Below are positions 30,201 to 39,219 of a stretch of DNA of 60,251 nucleotides, piece by piece. Every line of letters starts with the position of its first letter. Positions within the stretch are counted from its first letter, which is position 1. Location: the NCBI GenBank assembly GCA_022450005.1, contig JAKURE010000003.1, positions 1-60,251 on the forward strand, written 5' to 3'. This DNA comes from Halobacteriales archaeon (GTDB lineage Archaea; Halobacteriota; Halobacteria; Halobacteriales; Hikarchaeaceae). A program made the position numbers and the translations under genes. The notes beneath the pieces are model-generated. The model saw only the letters and a program-made list of their open reading frames with translations. It did not search any database and was not told where the DNA came from.

Positions 30201-30788
30201 GAGATACTGCAAACTTGTTTCTCTAGCATATAACTCAACTTCTTCAGCATAGCGCTCAATTTCTTCTTCTAATGGTTTGTAACTCGAAATACCTAGTATC
30301 GTCCGGACATAATCTGCAACTAACACTGACAACGCTTGTGCAGTCCCACCTGCAGATCGTATCGGACCTGCATAAAAAACACGAACAAATTCAGTTCCAT
30401 CAGAATTGCCACAAAGCTCAACCCTATCTATCCCTTCCAGCGGCGCCGCAACTACACCTTCTGTCAATAACGCTACAGCAGTTCTAATAGCCCCTTCAAT
30501 TATCCCTTCATGTGTATCATAATCCCCAACCTTCCCCTCTGCAAAATCTTTGGCTAACTCTAGTGCTATTTCTTCCCTCCCCATATTTTCTTCGAGTTCT
30601 CTAATCCGATCTGAGAGGCCATTTATCCCAAGTAAATTTTCTATTCTCCCTGCCATATCTTTCGCAATTGGTATTTCGACCTCAGAACTAGGATCATGGC
30701 CTAATTTTCTCGCCGTTTTAGCAACAAGTAAACATTCCTCCACTTGACTCTCTATCTGTTTAAAATACGAGTCATATTCTGCACGCAT
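27297..30788 (-). CDS. polD2: DNA polymerase D large subunit (DP2, catalytic)
   Basis: 1163 aa with multiple Cys4 zinc modules (CTSCN...CQQCG, CGKC...CPNCG, CPAC...CRQCG). Length and sequence are typical of DP2. The length argues against an intein. Confidence 0.9.
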   Translation of the reverse strand: MRAEYDSYFKQIESQVEECLLVAKTARKLGHDPSSEVEIPIAKDMAGRIENLLGINGLSDRIRELEENMGREEIALELAKDFAEGKVGDYDTHEGIIEGAIRTAVALLTEGVVAAPLEGIDRVELCGNSDGTEFVRVFYAGPIRSAGGTAQALSVLVADYVRTILGISSYKPLEEEIERYAEEVELYARETSLQYLPSAEETKFIARNCPIMLDGEPTGKMEVSGYRDLGRVKTNKSRGGMCLVLAEGIALKAPKIERYTSQLKGIEWPWLNDLIEGKFSEVNSTEEIEEVIEEVEGPKRAKPEDKYLRDIIAGRPVFSHPSRPGGFRLRYGRARNTGLSTIGIHPVTMHILDDFLAPGTQLKTEYPGKAAGVVPVDTIEGPTVRLNTGEVRRVKTIEEVVDIKREIDSIIDLGECLIGFGEFVENNRNLLPSSYVVEWWILDGEKEGINMQSLLDSGNVKFEDPDATQVIKWSKELKVPLHPKYTYLWHDITPMQFEEISDSVSKGHISGGVLFVEFSSSIKKILESLLIEHEVLEEIEIKDPLPLIISLGLSEDLTKLWESMTSGAGSWPNAMKVVNEVSPFIIRERAPTRIGGRMGRPEKSESREMSPSVHSLFPIGESGGDRRDISRASKSFERVYAKKGLIKTEIGKRMCTSCNVETHRFSCQQCGEKASPVYLCGKCKSRCLQNQGEVDMPCPNCGSKTRPEFFDKMGLEEIYKDALEMVNERESAFEILKGVKALTSKNKTPEPIEKGILRAKHNVSTFKDGTIRYDMTDLPVSSFRASELGIPVSKLQGLGYEFDIKGEPLKNENQLIPIRVQDLILSQGAAEHLKRTANFIDDLLVKYYGLDPFYNIQEADDLIGRLVLGLAPHTSAAVVGRILGFTNASVGYAHPYFHAAKRRNCDGDEDCVMLLLDGLLNFSRSYLPDKRGGKMDAPLVMSAVLNPTEIDDEAQNLDSVDRYPLEFYEATMDLEHPNTVGVKLARDEIEKGKLYADLLHTHDTSNIASGPRLSAYKTLGPMLDKLNAQLNLARKIRAVDETDVAERIIEYHFLPDLLGNLRAFSRQETRCPACSIKYRRMPLSRSCRQCGGEVHLTVHQKSISKYLKAAMFMAEEFECREYTKQRLNIIEKSLKSIFENDKNKQSDLSYFASAPVEIKGEIR

Positions 30789-30876
30789 TAACTATCTATA
30801 AGGAACGGGAATGGGATACAATCTTCGGAGATATTTTCGTAGTAAGGCATATGTGCACTGCCGCCAATTATCTCCC

Positions 30877-31080
30877 ATGTTCAATTCCGAACCTTGTGAT
30901 GGATGTTCTCGATCAATATCCGATGCCCTCTCTCGAATTGTTAGATTGATAGTCGACCAAAGAGATGTAGATTCTCAACGATTGTGCCCTGATTGTTTCG
31001 CGTCTTGGATTCGTCGTTACGAATCCGAAATGCAACTTTCCCATCAAGTCGTTAGTACAGATGACATAATTGTTGATTAG
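30877..31080 (+). CDS. Small zinc-ribbon protein (CxxC...CxxC)
   Basis: 67 aa from ATG 30877 (CDGC...CPDC). The longer ORF from 30811 would leave only 22 bp to the divergent polD2 start. Confidence 0.45.
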   Translation: MFNSEPCDGCSRSISDALSRIVRLIVDQRDVDSQRLCPDCFASWIRRYESEMQLSHQVVSTDDIIVD

Positions 31081-31101
31081 AATTCTATTTTTATTCTATA
31101 T

Positions 31102-31605
31102 CTATTCTATTCCTATTTTTCTAACAAACTCTAGTGATATCAATTCATTGACCAATTCGCCTGGCAATTGCTCATCAGTGATTATGTATAACTTTGGTTC
31201 ATCTGTAAATTCCGGATCTTCACTTATTGTTTGACGTATTGATATATTTTGTTTTGCTATCAACGATGTAACAGTTGAAACAATGCCAGGATTGGCGGCA
31301 TCATTGACCTCCACCGTCAACACAAATAGTTTTAATACAGGGGCCAAATCCCGAAGGCTAGGTATAGACGATATATTTTGAAAAATTGGTTTCAATTCTA
31401 CATCTTGGAGTATGGTATTTGTAGTTGAATCCACTACCCTCCTATCAATTCCCAACTCCCCCGCAATTTGTGTGTGTGGAATTTCAATCGAACCTGATAC
31501 CACCCGCCCCGTATCGTTAACAGAAAAACCCCTAGTTAATAAAAGCCGAATAACTTCTTGCTGACTAGGACTCCCTTTAAATTTCCGCATAATCACGTCA
31601 AACAT
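31102..31605 (-). CDS. ACT-domain regulator of amino acid metabolism (HTH + ACT)
   Basis: 167 aa. N-terminal HTH-like segment and a C-terminal ACT-like fold (FVLTVEVNDAANPGIVSTVTSLIA). Lies 40 bp downstream of hisB on the same strand. Confidence 0.65.
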   Translation of the reverse strand: MFDVIMRKFKGSPSQQEVIRLLLTRGFSVNDTGRVVSGSIEIPHTQIAGELGIDRRVVDSTTNTILQDVELKPIFQNISSIPSLRDLAPVLKLFVLTVEVNDAANPGIVSTVTSLIAKQNISIRQTISEDPEFTDEPKLYIITDEQLPGELVNELISLEFVRKIGIE

Positions 31606-31645
31606 TTTATCGTACCTATATCCTCCTGAGCCTTAGCAGTATGGG

Positions 31646-32338
31646 CTAAAGTCCCCCTTTCGTACTTGGTGTCCCTTCTCTCCTCCCATCTATTCGACTC
31701 GCATCATCAATGGCCTTACCAACTGATTTGAATAAAGCTTCAATTTCGTGATGTGCATTTGTGCCCTTTACAGCACAGTGTAATGTGACTCCTGAATTCA
31801 TCGCAAAACTCCTAAAAAAGTGGGGAGCCATGCCACTCGTGAAATTCCCTATTTGTTCTTCACTAAACATACCTTCAAATGAGAAATATGGTCTCCCACT
31901 AATATCAAGAACAGCCGAAGCTATTGACTCATCCATGGGGATATTCCTTTCAGCAAAACGATTTATACCGACTTTATCTCCCCACGCATCACAAAATGCT
32001 TTGCCCAATACTATCCCAACATCTTCTATAGTGTGGTGGCCATCCACTTCTATATCTCCCTCCGCTTGTATGTTCAAATCAAACAAACCATGTGTCGCAA
32101 ACGATTCTAGTACGTGATCAAAAAAACCTATCCCTGTGTTTATATTTGATTTACCACTGCCATCTATATTCAATTCAAGCTCGATGGTAGTCTCATTAGT
32201 TTCTCTTCTTATCTCTGCCTTTCTAGCTCTAGGTCCGCCTTCTTGATCATAAGAACCAACTCTACCTTTACACCACCTCCTATGGGTCCCAATCCCTCTC
32301 TCTGAAAAACTTTCATTACAATATTCACACGTTGGCAT
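31646..32338 (-). CDS. hisB: Imidazoleglycerol-phosphate dehydratase with N-terminal C2HC zinc-knuckle extension
   Basis: The core is typical of HisB (RETNETTIELELNIDG, GFFDHVLESFA, DGHHTIEDVG, NAHHEIEALFK). The first ~35 aa, MPTCEYCNESFSERGIGTHRRWC, are additional. Confidence 0.85.
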   Translation of the reverse strand: MPTCEYCNESFSERGIGTHRRWCKGRVGSYDQEGGPRARKAEIRRETNETTIELELNIDGSGKSNINTGIGFFDHVLESFATHGLFDLNIQAEGDIEVDGHHTIEDVGIVLGKAFCDAWGDKVGINRFAERNIPMDESIASAVLDISGRPYFSFEGMFSEEQIGNFTSGMAPHFFRSFAMNSGVTLHCAVKGTNAHHEIEALFKSVGKAIDDASRIDGRREGTPSTKGGL

Positions 32339-32379
32339 GTTGCTACACTTAGTTACTATCTTACATAAACATTTCTTTT

Positions 32380-32449
32380 TATGTGGGCGCTATATGCGGG
32401 TTATATATTTTTAAAAAATGCAGTATGTGGGCGCTATATACGGATTATA
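32380..32449. repeat. Two copies of a 26-nt direct repeat in the hisA-hisB spacer
   Basis: 32380-32405 reads TATGTGGGCGCTATATGCGGGTTATA and 32424-32449 reads TATGTGGGCGCTATATACGGATTATA (24/26 identical). Copy 2 overlaps the hisA stop codon. Confidence 0.85.
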
Positions 32450-33173
32450 AACTTTCGATCCATTCTGTTATCTCTTCAAACGATATCGACCTTTCATACA
32501 ATGCACTCCCAACCACTGCAGCAGATGCCCCTGCCCGATAAAATATTTCCAAATCCTTCAAAGAAGCCACTCCCCCACTAGCAATAATTGGGATCTCCAC
32601 AGATCTAGCCATTTCTTCAATCACTCCTCCTCGCACTCCCTCTAATTTCCCCTCGACGTCCACATCTGTAAATAAAATGCCAGAAGCACCCACTTCCTCA
32701 TACATTTTAGCCGCTTTTACTGGGTCTAAGCTGGTCTTTTTTTCCCAACCCTCTACTACTATTTCTCTACCCTTAGAGTCTAGACTAACCATGATGCATT
32801 TCGGATGTTTATCACTCAATACTTTCACCAATGTTGGATTTTCTATTGCGGCGGTTCCCAAAATAACTCTCTCTGCCCCCATTTCTAATAATTCCGTTAC
32901 TCTTTCTTCCGTTCTAATTCCGCCCCCCACTTGTACAGATATGTCAATATTTCCAATAATTCTCTCTATCGTTGATTTATTTTTAATTTCTCCTTCAAAT
33001 GCACCGTCAATATCTACTATGTGCACCGTTTTTGCACCCATTTCTTCCCATTGCAAGGCACACTCTATAGGGTCTCCATAATATTTTTCGGTCCCCCTCA
33101 GTCCCCCCACGAGTTGCACAGTCTTCCCATTTTGAATATCTATCGCCGGTATCACTTCAAATAGTGGGTTCAT
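32445..33173 (-). CDS. hisA: ProFAR isomerase
   Basis: 242 aa. VIPAIDI...G..V.L..G N-terminus, VQVGGGIR and ASGGV motifs. Confidence 0.85.
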   Translation of the reverse strand: MNPLFEVIPAIDIQNGKTVQLVGGLRGTEKYYGDPIECALQWEEMGAKTVHIVDIDGAFEGEIKNKSTIERIIGNIDISVQVGGGIRTEERVTELLEMGAERVILGTAAIENPTLVKVLSDKHPKCIMVSLDSKGREIVVEGWEKKTSLDPVKAAKMYEEVGASGILFTDVDVEGKLEGVRGGVIEEMARSVEIPIIASGGVASLKDLEIFYRAGASAAVVGSALYERSISFEEITEWIESL

Positions 33174-33272
33174 GCGTTTCGGTTCGTCTTACTCCACGTA
33201 AAGTCACCGTTTTCTATCTCAACAAAATCAGAACAGCAAGATCTAACAATGCCCGCGTAAAATAACTACTCG

Positions 33273-33662
33273 ATGCCAACAGTCGAATATCTAAATTACG
33301 ATGCACTAACAGACAACGAATGGGGCTTAGACGACGACGATTTATTCGAAAAAGCCGCCAATGCTGGACTCTCCGGTGAAGATTATGGTTCTCTCGACGT
33401 CAACGAAGGAGAATATATACTTGAAGCTGCAGAAGTCGAAGGATTTGATTGGCCATTTTCTTGCCGAGCAGGAGCTTGTGCCAATTGCGCTGCTATATTA
33501 AAATCTGGTGAGATTAATATGGACATGCAACAAATTCTTTCGGACGACGAAGTAGAAGAACTCAACGTCCGTCTCACATGTATTGGGTCCCCCGAATCCG
33601 AAGAAATAAAGATAGTTTTCAACGCTAAACATTTGGATTATCTTCAAAACCGAGTAATTTAA
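33273..33662 (+). CDS. fdx: 2Fe-2S ferredoxin, haloarchaeal type with acidic N-terminal extension
   Basis: 129 aa. Starts MPTVEYLNY, contains [11 protein letters not shown]...C and ends [13 protein letters not shown]. From memory this is nearly collinear with Haloarcula/Halobacterium ferredoxin. Confidence 0.9.
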   Translation: MPTVEYLNYDALTDNEWGLDDDDLFEKAANAGLSGEDYGSLDVNEGEYILEAAEVEGFDWPFSCRAGACANCAAILKSGEINMDMQQILSDDEVEELNVRLTCIGSPESEEIKIVFNAKHLDYLQNRVI

Positions 33663-33744
33663 TTTTACTCCCGAACCTCAAAAGTACTTTTCTTGCTATT
33701 ATTTAAGGGAAATATCTTTCTACATCCTGCGCGTCCAATTATTT

Positions 33745-34116
33745 GTGTCTAACTCTTTCGAAATATCATTTGGAGTTGATGGTCTAGTCCCTGTTATCGC
33801 CCAAAACATAGAAACAAACGAAGTTCTCATGCTCGCTTATGCCGATTCAGTCGCACTATCTTTAACCCGTGAAACTGGATTGGCACATTATTTTTCACGC
33901 AGTCGGAATAAAATTTGGAAAAAAGGCGAAACTAGTGGAAATATTCAACATATCGATGAAATACGTGTGGATTGTGATGGAGATGCAGTTTTATATATCG
34001 TTTCACAAACCAACAATGCATGCCATACTGGTGAAATGTCTTGTTTCCATAACCAAATCGTAGATGTCCCTTCTGACAATTCTTCCACTTCGAAATTCTC
34101 TATAAAACATATTTGA
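33745..34116 (+). CDS. hisI: Phosphoribosyl-AMP cyclohydrolase
   Basis: 123 aa. GTG start. [29 protein letters not shown] and CHTG motifs. Confidence 0.85.
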   Translation: MSNSFEISFGVDGLVPVIAQNIETNEVLMLAYADSVALSLTRETGLAHYFSRSRNKIWKKGETSGNIQHIDEIRVDCDGDAVLYIVSQTNNACHTGEMSCFHNQIVDVPSDNSSTSKFSIKHI

Positions 34117-34595
34117 TGTCTATGCTAAGCATTTCTAACATTAAACAACAATTCACCCTCCCTCTCCTCCCAATAAATCTGACCATACTCGCTTCTGGAC
34201 TACATTTCTATTGGGGGGCTCCCCGAATTTTATTATATTATCAATCTGGTGTTTTTTCGGATTGGAGACCCTATGCTCTTGCTTTCTCTGCAGTTACAAT
34301 TTGGGCAATTCTATTCACCTTCCGTAATAATGCGTTTTCGAATTGGATTTCTTTTTTCTGTCTCAGCATGATGTCTATTCATATTGTAGGATATTGCATG
34401 TGGCATCTCCTTGGACATCCTATATTTGACCCTATTACTGGAAGTTTATTATTCCATTCTCATCCAAATACCACATTTCTAACCATTATCGAACATCTCA
34501 GATATGATCAATTTGCTCTCACGACTATTATCTTTGAATTAAGTTCTGTGATATTATTTCTATATTTAATTTTTAAATCAACTCTTTCAAAATAA
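34113..34595 (+). CDS. Hypothetical membrane protein
   Basis: 160 aa with 4-5 hydrophobic helices. The start overlaps the hisI stop (ATGA). Confidence 0.5.
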   Translation: MMSMLSISNIKQQFTLPLLPINLTILASGLHFYWGAPRILLYYQSGVFSDWRPYALAFSAVTIWAILFTFRNNAFSNWISFFCLSMMSIHIVGYCMWHLLGHPIFDPITGSLLFHSHPNTTFLTIIEHLRYDQFALTTIIFELSSVILFLYLIFKSTLSK

Positions 34596-34653
34596 TAATT
34601 CATTGAAACTTATGTTCACGCGTTTTTAAATATCCACGCAAAAAAGTAGTTAT

Positions 34654-35499
34654 ATGATCATTAGTGGTTCTGCATCTATCTCTCTCGCATCCTCTTTGTC
34701 TTCTCATTCCAAAATACCTCTTGGAAAAACCACCCACCAAAATTTCCCCGATGGAGAATTCATGGTACAGACAAATTTCCAAGGTGATCATGGAATTATA
34801 ATTGCAGCAACACGTTCTGCTTCAGACCATTTGGAACTTCTACAACTTCAAGATGCAGTTCGAGAAGCTGGAGCAACAAACATAACCACAATTTTGCCGT
34901 ACATGGGATATGCCCGACAAGACACGGTTTTCGAACCGGGGCAGTCGTTATCAGCACGTGCAATGGCACGATCGATAGGAACTGGAACCGACCGAGTAAT
35001 CATCGTAAACCCTCACAAAAACACAGTGTGTGATTATTTTGGTGTACCTGCGATCGCTCTTGATGCTTCCTCAATTTTGGCACAAACTCTACCAACCAAT
35101 TTAGAAAATCCTCTTTTCCTCGCCCCCGATTCCGGGGCAATTTCACTAGCAGAATCTGTTCGAGATGCTTATGGAATGGGTGATACTGATTTTTTCGAAA
35201 AAGATCGTATATCTAGTACCGAGGTCCATATATCTCCTAGCACCGTGGATGTGGCTGGAAGAGATGTAATCTGCGTAGATGATATCATCTCCACCGGAAC
35301 AACCACTAGTAAATCTGCCAGAATTTTACATGACCGTGGAGCAAAAACCATATTTGTCACCTGTATTCATGCACTCTTGGTCGAAGATGCACGAAAAATG
35401 TTATCTGATTCTGGGGTTGATGCTATCTATACCACCGATACTATCGTAACCCCCGAAACCAAAGTTTCAATCGCTCCTTTGCTTGCTAAACTATTGTAG
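34654..35499 (+). CDS. prs: Ribose-phosphate pyrophosphokinase
   Basis: 281 aa. YARQD motif and PRPP-binding loop VDDIISTGTT. Confidence 0.85.
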   Translation: MIISGSASISLASSLSSHSKIPLGKTTHQNFPDGEFMVQTNFQGDHGIIIAATRSASDHLELLQLQDAVREAGATNITTILPYMGYARQDTVFEPGQSLSARAMARSIGTGTDRVIIVNPHKNTVCDYFGVPAIALDASSILAQTLPTNLENPLFLAPDSGAISLAESVRDAYGMGDTDFFEKDRISSTEVHISPSTVDVAGRDVICVDDIISTGTTTSKSARILHDRGAKTIFVTCIHALLVEDARKMLSDSGVDAIYTTDTIVTPETKVSIAPLLAKLL

Positions 35500-38400
35500 C
35501 TAATTTTATCTCTATGGGGGTTCCCTCAACGACCCATTCTTTCATTCCTTCTTCTTTCTTATTTGTTATTTCAGTTGCTCTGACTTCTTGTTTTATTAAT
35601 TCTTCATGCAACATTATTAATCTTAAAATCCTTTCATCTAAAACTGAAATCGCAACCGAAATTTCCTGATCGACTACCAATCCTTGTTCCTTCCTCATCT
35701 CTTGTACTCGCCTAATTACCTCCCTGGTGTATCCTTCCGATTCTATCTCTTCGGTTAGAGTTGTGTCGATGTAAATAACTCCAAACTCACACGTGGATTT
35801 GGCAACATTTTCAGGAAATATTTCTCCAAACTCAACCATTTCCTCGGTCATTGAAATTTCTTTGTTCAAGTTCTTGCTCAACACTTTAGATAATTCTTCT
35901 ATGTCTGGAGCTTCTAATTCAATTTCATTTAGAACACCAATTATTTCTGCCGTCGATTTCCCATAAGTTGGACCAATAATATTCATATGTCCAAATAACG
36001 AATATTTAACATCAAAACCCTGCTCCCCCGGTCTTATCAACTTAATTTCTTTTGCATTTACCCTCTCTGACAATAATACCTTATATTTTTCCACGATTTT
36101 TCCAATTTTATCATTCTTTGCTCCTATCTCCACTCCACAAACTGGCCAACGCAGTTTTCTACCTGCAATTTGGCGTGCATGGGCTATCGATTCTTCTAGG
36201 ATTCTTACTATTTCAATTTCATCTTCCAATTTTTCATCTTGAAGCTGCAAATCAACAACTGGAAAATCACACATATGCACTGTCAGATTTTCACTTTTTT
36301 TCGTTAGGTTTTGGTAGATATCCTCCGCTATGAACGGCGCAAATGGAGCAAGTAATACTATGGCTTCTACCAACACGTGATGAAGTGTTACATACGCAGC
36401 AGTCTTGCTATCTGTATCTGTATCTGTCCACATCCTCTCTCGAACGATTTTAATATAATATCTGGATATGTCCTCCACGATAAGGTTCAATATTGCATCT
36501 ATAGATTGATCTTGCCTGTATGATTCCCATCCCACCTTTACAATTTGTTTCACCGTCTGCAAACGAGAAAGAATCCATTTGTCTATAGTTTCTAAAGCTA
36601 CTTCTTCCAAAGTGAAATCCCGCGGATCAAATCCATCAATTTCCATATATGGGATTGGAAATCGAAATACATTCCATAAAATGTTCAACCTACGATTCAT
36701 CTCTTCAATTTCTTCCCACGAAAATCGCATATCCTCCCCCTGTGGATTCACCGACAATAAAAACAGACGCATTGGATCTGCTCCATACTTTTCTATAGCC
36801 TCTCTTGGGGAGACGATATTGCCTAGTGATTTGGACATTTTTCTCCCATCTTCTGCTAGAGCCCAACCGTGCATGAGTACATTTTCATAAGGTGATTCTC
36901 CCATTGAAGCACTAGACATACCTAGCTGAGACCAAAACCAACCTCTAGTTTGATCATGTGCTTCCATAATTAGATTCGCCGGCCAAACGGCCTCAAATTC
37001 TTCTTTTTCTGATGGATACCCCACCGTGGCCCATGTTGCAACCGACGAATCAATCCACACATCAAATACATCTGGAACTCTTGTATATTTTTTACCATTC
37101 TTAGTAATGGTAAGCTTATCTACAGTTGGTTTGTGCAAATCTACACTTTTTGGATCAATTTTTTGATCCACCAACTTAGCTAGCTCTTCCCTTGTACCTA
37201 CTACAATCATGTCTTTAGATTCTTCTTCCAAATTCGCCCCCTCTGGAGTCCAAATTGGGATGGGTATCCCCCAATATCTCTGACGTGATACATTCCAATC
37301 AGGGGCCTCTTTGACAAACTCATAAAATCGATTATCCCTGGCCCATTCTGGATACCAACTTGACTTGGTTATATTTTCAATAAGTTCTTCTTTTATTTCT
37401 GTTATTTTGATGAACCATTGATCCGTAACAATCTGAATTATGTTCGTATTACAACGCCAACACTTGCCATAATCGTGAGTGTATTTCTCTTCTGCAAGTA
37501 ACAATCCCGAATTCTTCAAATCTTCAATAATTTCTTCGTTTGTATCTTTAACAAATTTTCCCTCATATTTTCCTGCATCTGTTGTATATATCCCATCAGT
37601 ACCAACTGGACAAAACAATTCCAAACCTCTCTCTTTTCCCGCACGAAAATCATCCTCCCCCTGACCTGGGGCAGAGTGAACCAAACCCGTTCTGTCTATC
37701 TCCACAAAATCCGCCGAATAAACCCTCAGTGATCTATCTCCCTTCACATGATTGGGAACTTCCTGGCGTAGCGGATGTTTATACTTCCACTCTATCATAT
37801 CTTCCCCCTTCAATTCTTGCTCTATCTCCCAGCTATCATATTTGCCCTTCTCAACTACGGCATCAACGAGCGATTGTTCTATCCAAAGTTTTTCTTCTAC
37901 ACTCCCTTTTACAGCCACAACCTTTTGATATGTAAATTCTTCATTTACAGCTACAAATGTGTTTGCTGGGAGGGTCCATGGGGTGGTGGTCCAAATAACT
38001 AGAAACTCTTCTTTGTCTTCTAATTCAAATTTAACATAAATAGAAGGATCTTTCACTTGGTGATACTCAATTTCATTTTTTGCAATAGAAGTTTCACACC
38101 TTGGACATTGACTTATAGATCTTTTTCCTCGCTCAACCAACCCTCTTTTATGCGCTTGAGAAAATCCCCACCATGCAGCCTCCATATACTCTGAAGTAAC
38201 TGTTTTATATGCATTTTCCCAATCCATCCACACACCAAATGAAATAAAATCCTTTTGCAATCCCTCTCGTTGGAAATCTGCAAATTCTTTACATTCCTCA
38301 ATAAATTTTTCAATACCAAATGCTTCTATATCTTTTTTATTTTTAAACCCTAGTTTTTCCTCTACTTTCGTCTCAATGGGGAGCCCATGCATGTCAAACC

Positions 38401-38656
38401 CCGGGCGATCATATACTTGATATCCCTTCATGCGATTGTATCGAAGATATCCATCTTTCAATGTTTTATTCCAAGCAGTTCCCATATGGGCAGCTCCCGA
38501 TGTGTATGGGGGGCCATCTACAAAGAAAAATGGTTTCCCCTTTGCCCGATGTTCTTTCGTCTTTTTGTACGCATCACTTTGCTTCCAATACTCTTTCACA
38601 CGTTCCTCTAACAATTGGGCTTCATATCTCCCACCAACTTGTACATCTTTTTCCAT
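35486..38656 (-). CDS. ileS: Isoleucine--tRNA ligase
   Basis: 1056 aa. HIGH-type motif PYTSGAAHMGTAWN, KMSKS and a CP1 editing region. Length and sequence are typical of archaeal IleRS. Confidence 0.9.
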   Translation of the reverse strand: MEKDVQVGGRYEAQLLEERVKEYWKQSDAYKKTKEHRAKGKPFFFVDGPPYTSGAAHMGTAWNKTLKDGYLRYNRMKGYQVYDRPGFDMHGLPIETKVEEKLGFKNKKDIEAFGIEKFIEECKEFADFQREGLQKDFISFGVWMDWENAYKTVTSEYMEAAWWGFSQAHKRGLVERGKRSISQCPRCETSIAKNEIEYHQVKDPSIYVKFELEDKEEFLVIWTTTPWTLPANTFVAVNEEFTYQKVVAVKGSVEEKLWIEQSLVDAVVEKGKYDSWEIEQELKGEDMIEWKYKHPLRQEVPNHVKGDRSLRVYSADFVEIDRTGLVHSAPGQGEDDFRAGKERGLELFCPVGTDGIYTTDAGKYEGKFVKDTNEEIIEDLKNSGLLLAEEKYTHDYGKCWRCNTNIIQIVTDQWFIKITEIKEELIENITKSSWYPEWARDNRFYEFVKEAPDWNVSRQRYWGIPIPIWTPEGANLEEESKDMIVVGTREELAKLVDQKIDPKSVDLHKPTVDKLTITKNGKKYTRVPDVFDVWIDSSVATWATVGYPSEKEEFEAVWPANLIMEAHDQTRGWFWSQLGMSSASMGESPYENVLMHGWALAEDGRKMSKSLGNIVSPREAIEKYGADPMRLFLLSVNPQGEDMRFSWEEIEEMNRRLNILWNVFRFPIPYMEIDGFDPRDFTLEEVALETIDKWILSRLQTVKQIVKVGWESYRQDQSIDAILNLIVEDISRYYIKIVRERMWTDTDTDSKTAAYVTLHHVLVEAIVLLAPFAPFIAEDIYQNLTKKSENLTVHMCDFPVVDLQLQDEKLEDEIEIVRILEESIAHARQIAGRKLRWPVCGVEIGAKNDKIGKIVEKYKVLLSERVNAKEIKLIRPGEQGFDVKYSLFGHMNIIGPTYGKSTAEIIGVLNEIELEAPDIEELSKVLSKNLNKEISMTEEMVEFGEIFPENVAKSTCEFGVIYIDTTLTEEIESEGYTREVIRRVQEMRKEQGLVVDQEISVAISVLDERILRLIMLHEELIKQEVRATEITNKKEEGMKEWVVEGTPIEIKLATIV

Positions 38657-38778
38657 AGTTAATCCCTCTCCCCCTGTAACTAAAGATTAATTGTTTGTGT
38701 TATCTTCTCCCCCTTTGCCCCAATTTGGATTCGCGATTTTAAATATTCAAACCTGATTAGCGAGTATTTTTTCATGTG

Positions 38779-39216
38779 ATGGGACTAACCAATCTTATGG
38801 AATCTTGTATTTTCTGTGCCATCGTTGAAGGTGATGTCCCTAGCTATTCCCTTTACGAAGACGAGATGACCCTGGCATTTCTTGATATCAATCCAATATC
38901 TACTGGCCACACTCTTGTAATTCCCAAATATCACTCTTCAAAAATCAATCAACTTCCCATTTTGTTTGCAAAATCCTTGATGAACACAATCCACACCCTG
39001 ACCGGACCAATTGAGGAAGCCGTTGGTGCCACTGCTACCACAATAGCTTTTAATAACGGTATTGCAGCGGGCCAAGAAGTTCCACATGTCCATTGTCATA
39101 TTATCCCCCGATTTGAACAAGACGGCGGAAAATCCGTTCATTCCATAGTCAAGGAGCCATCCTCCCCGTCTGCCGATTTTTCCGATATAGTGATGTCGAT
39201 CAAAAATTTGATCTAG
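38779..39216 (+). CDS. HIT family (histidine triad) protein
   Basis: CIFCAI N-terminal motif and histidine triad HVHCHIIP. The start is ambiguous (GTG 38776, ATG 38779, ATG 38797). Confidence 0.8.
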   Translation: MGLTNLMESCIFCAIVEGDVPSYSLYEDEMTLAFLDINPISTGHTLVIPKYHSSKINQLPILFAKSLMNTIHTLTGPIEEAVGATATTIAFNNGIAAGQEVPHVHCHIIPRFEQDGGKSVHSIVKEPSSPSADFSDIVMSIKNLI

Positions 39217-39219
39217 TTC

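Noticed and set aside
30811-30876. 5' extension of the small zinc-ribbon ORF
   Set aside because: Starting at 30811 would leave 22 bp to the divergent polD2 start, too little for two promoters. The extension is basic and low-complexity, so ATG 30877 is preferred.
36409-36426. Tandem hexamers (TATCTG x3 here, AATTTA x3 at 7154-7171) and homopolymer-rich tracts (11255-11285, 49035-49075)
   Set aside because: All lie in frame within coding regions and simply encode low-complexity peptide (DTDTD, NLNLN, SPSPS, poly-K). There is no sign of a frameshift or phase-variation context.
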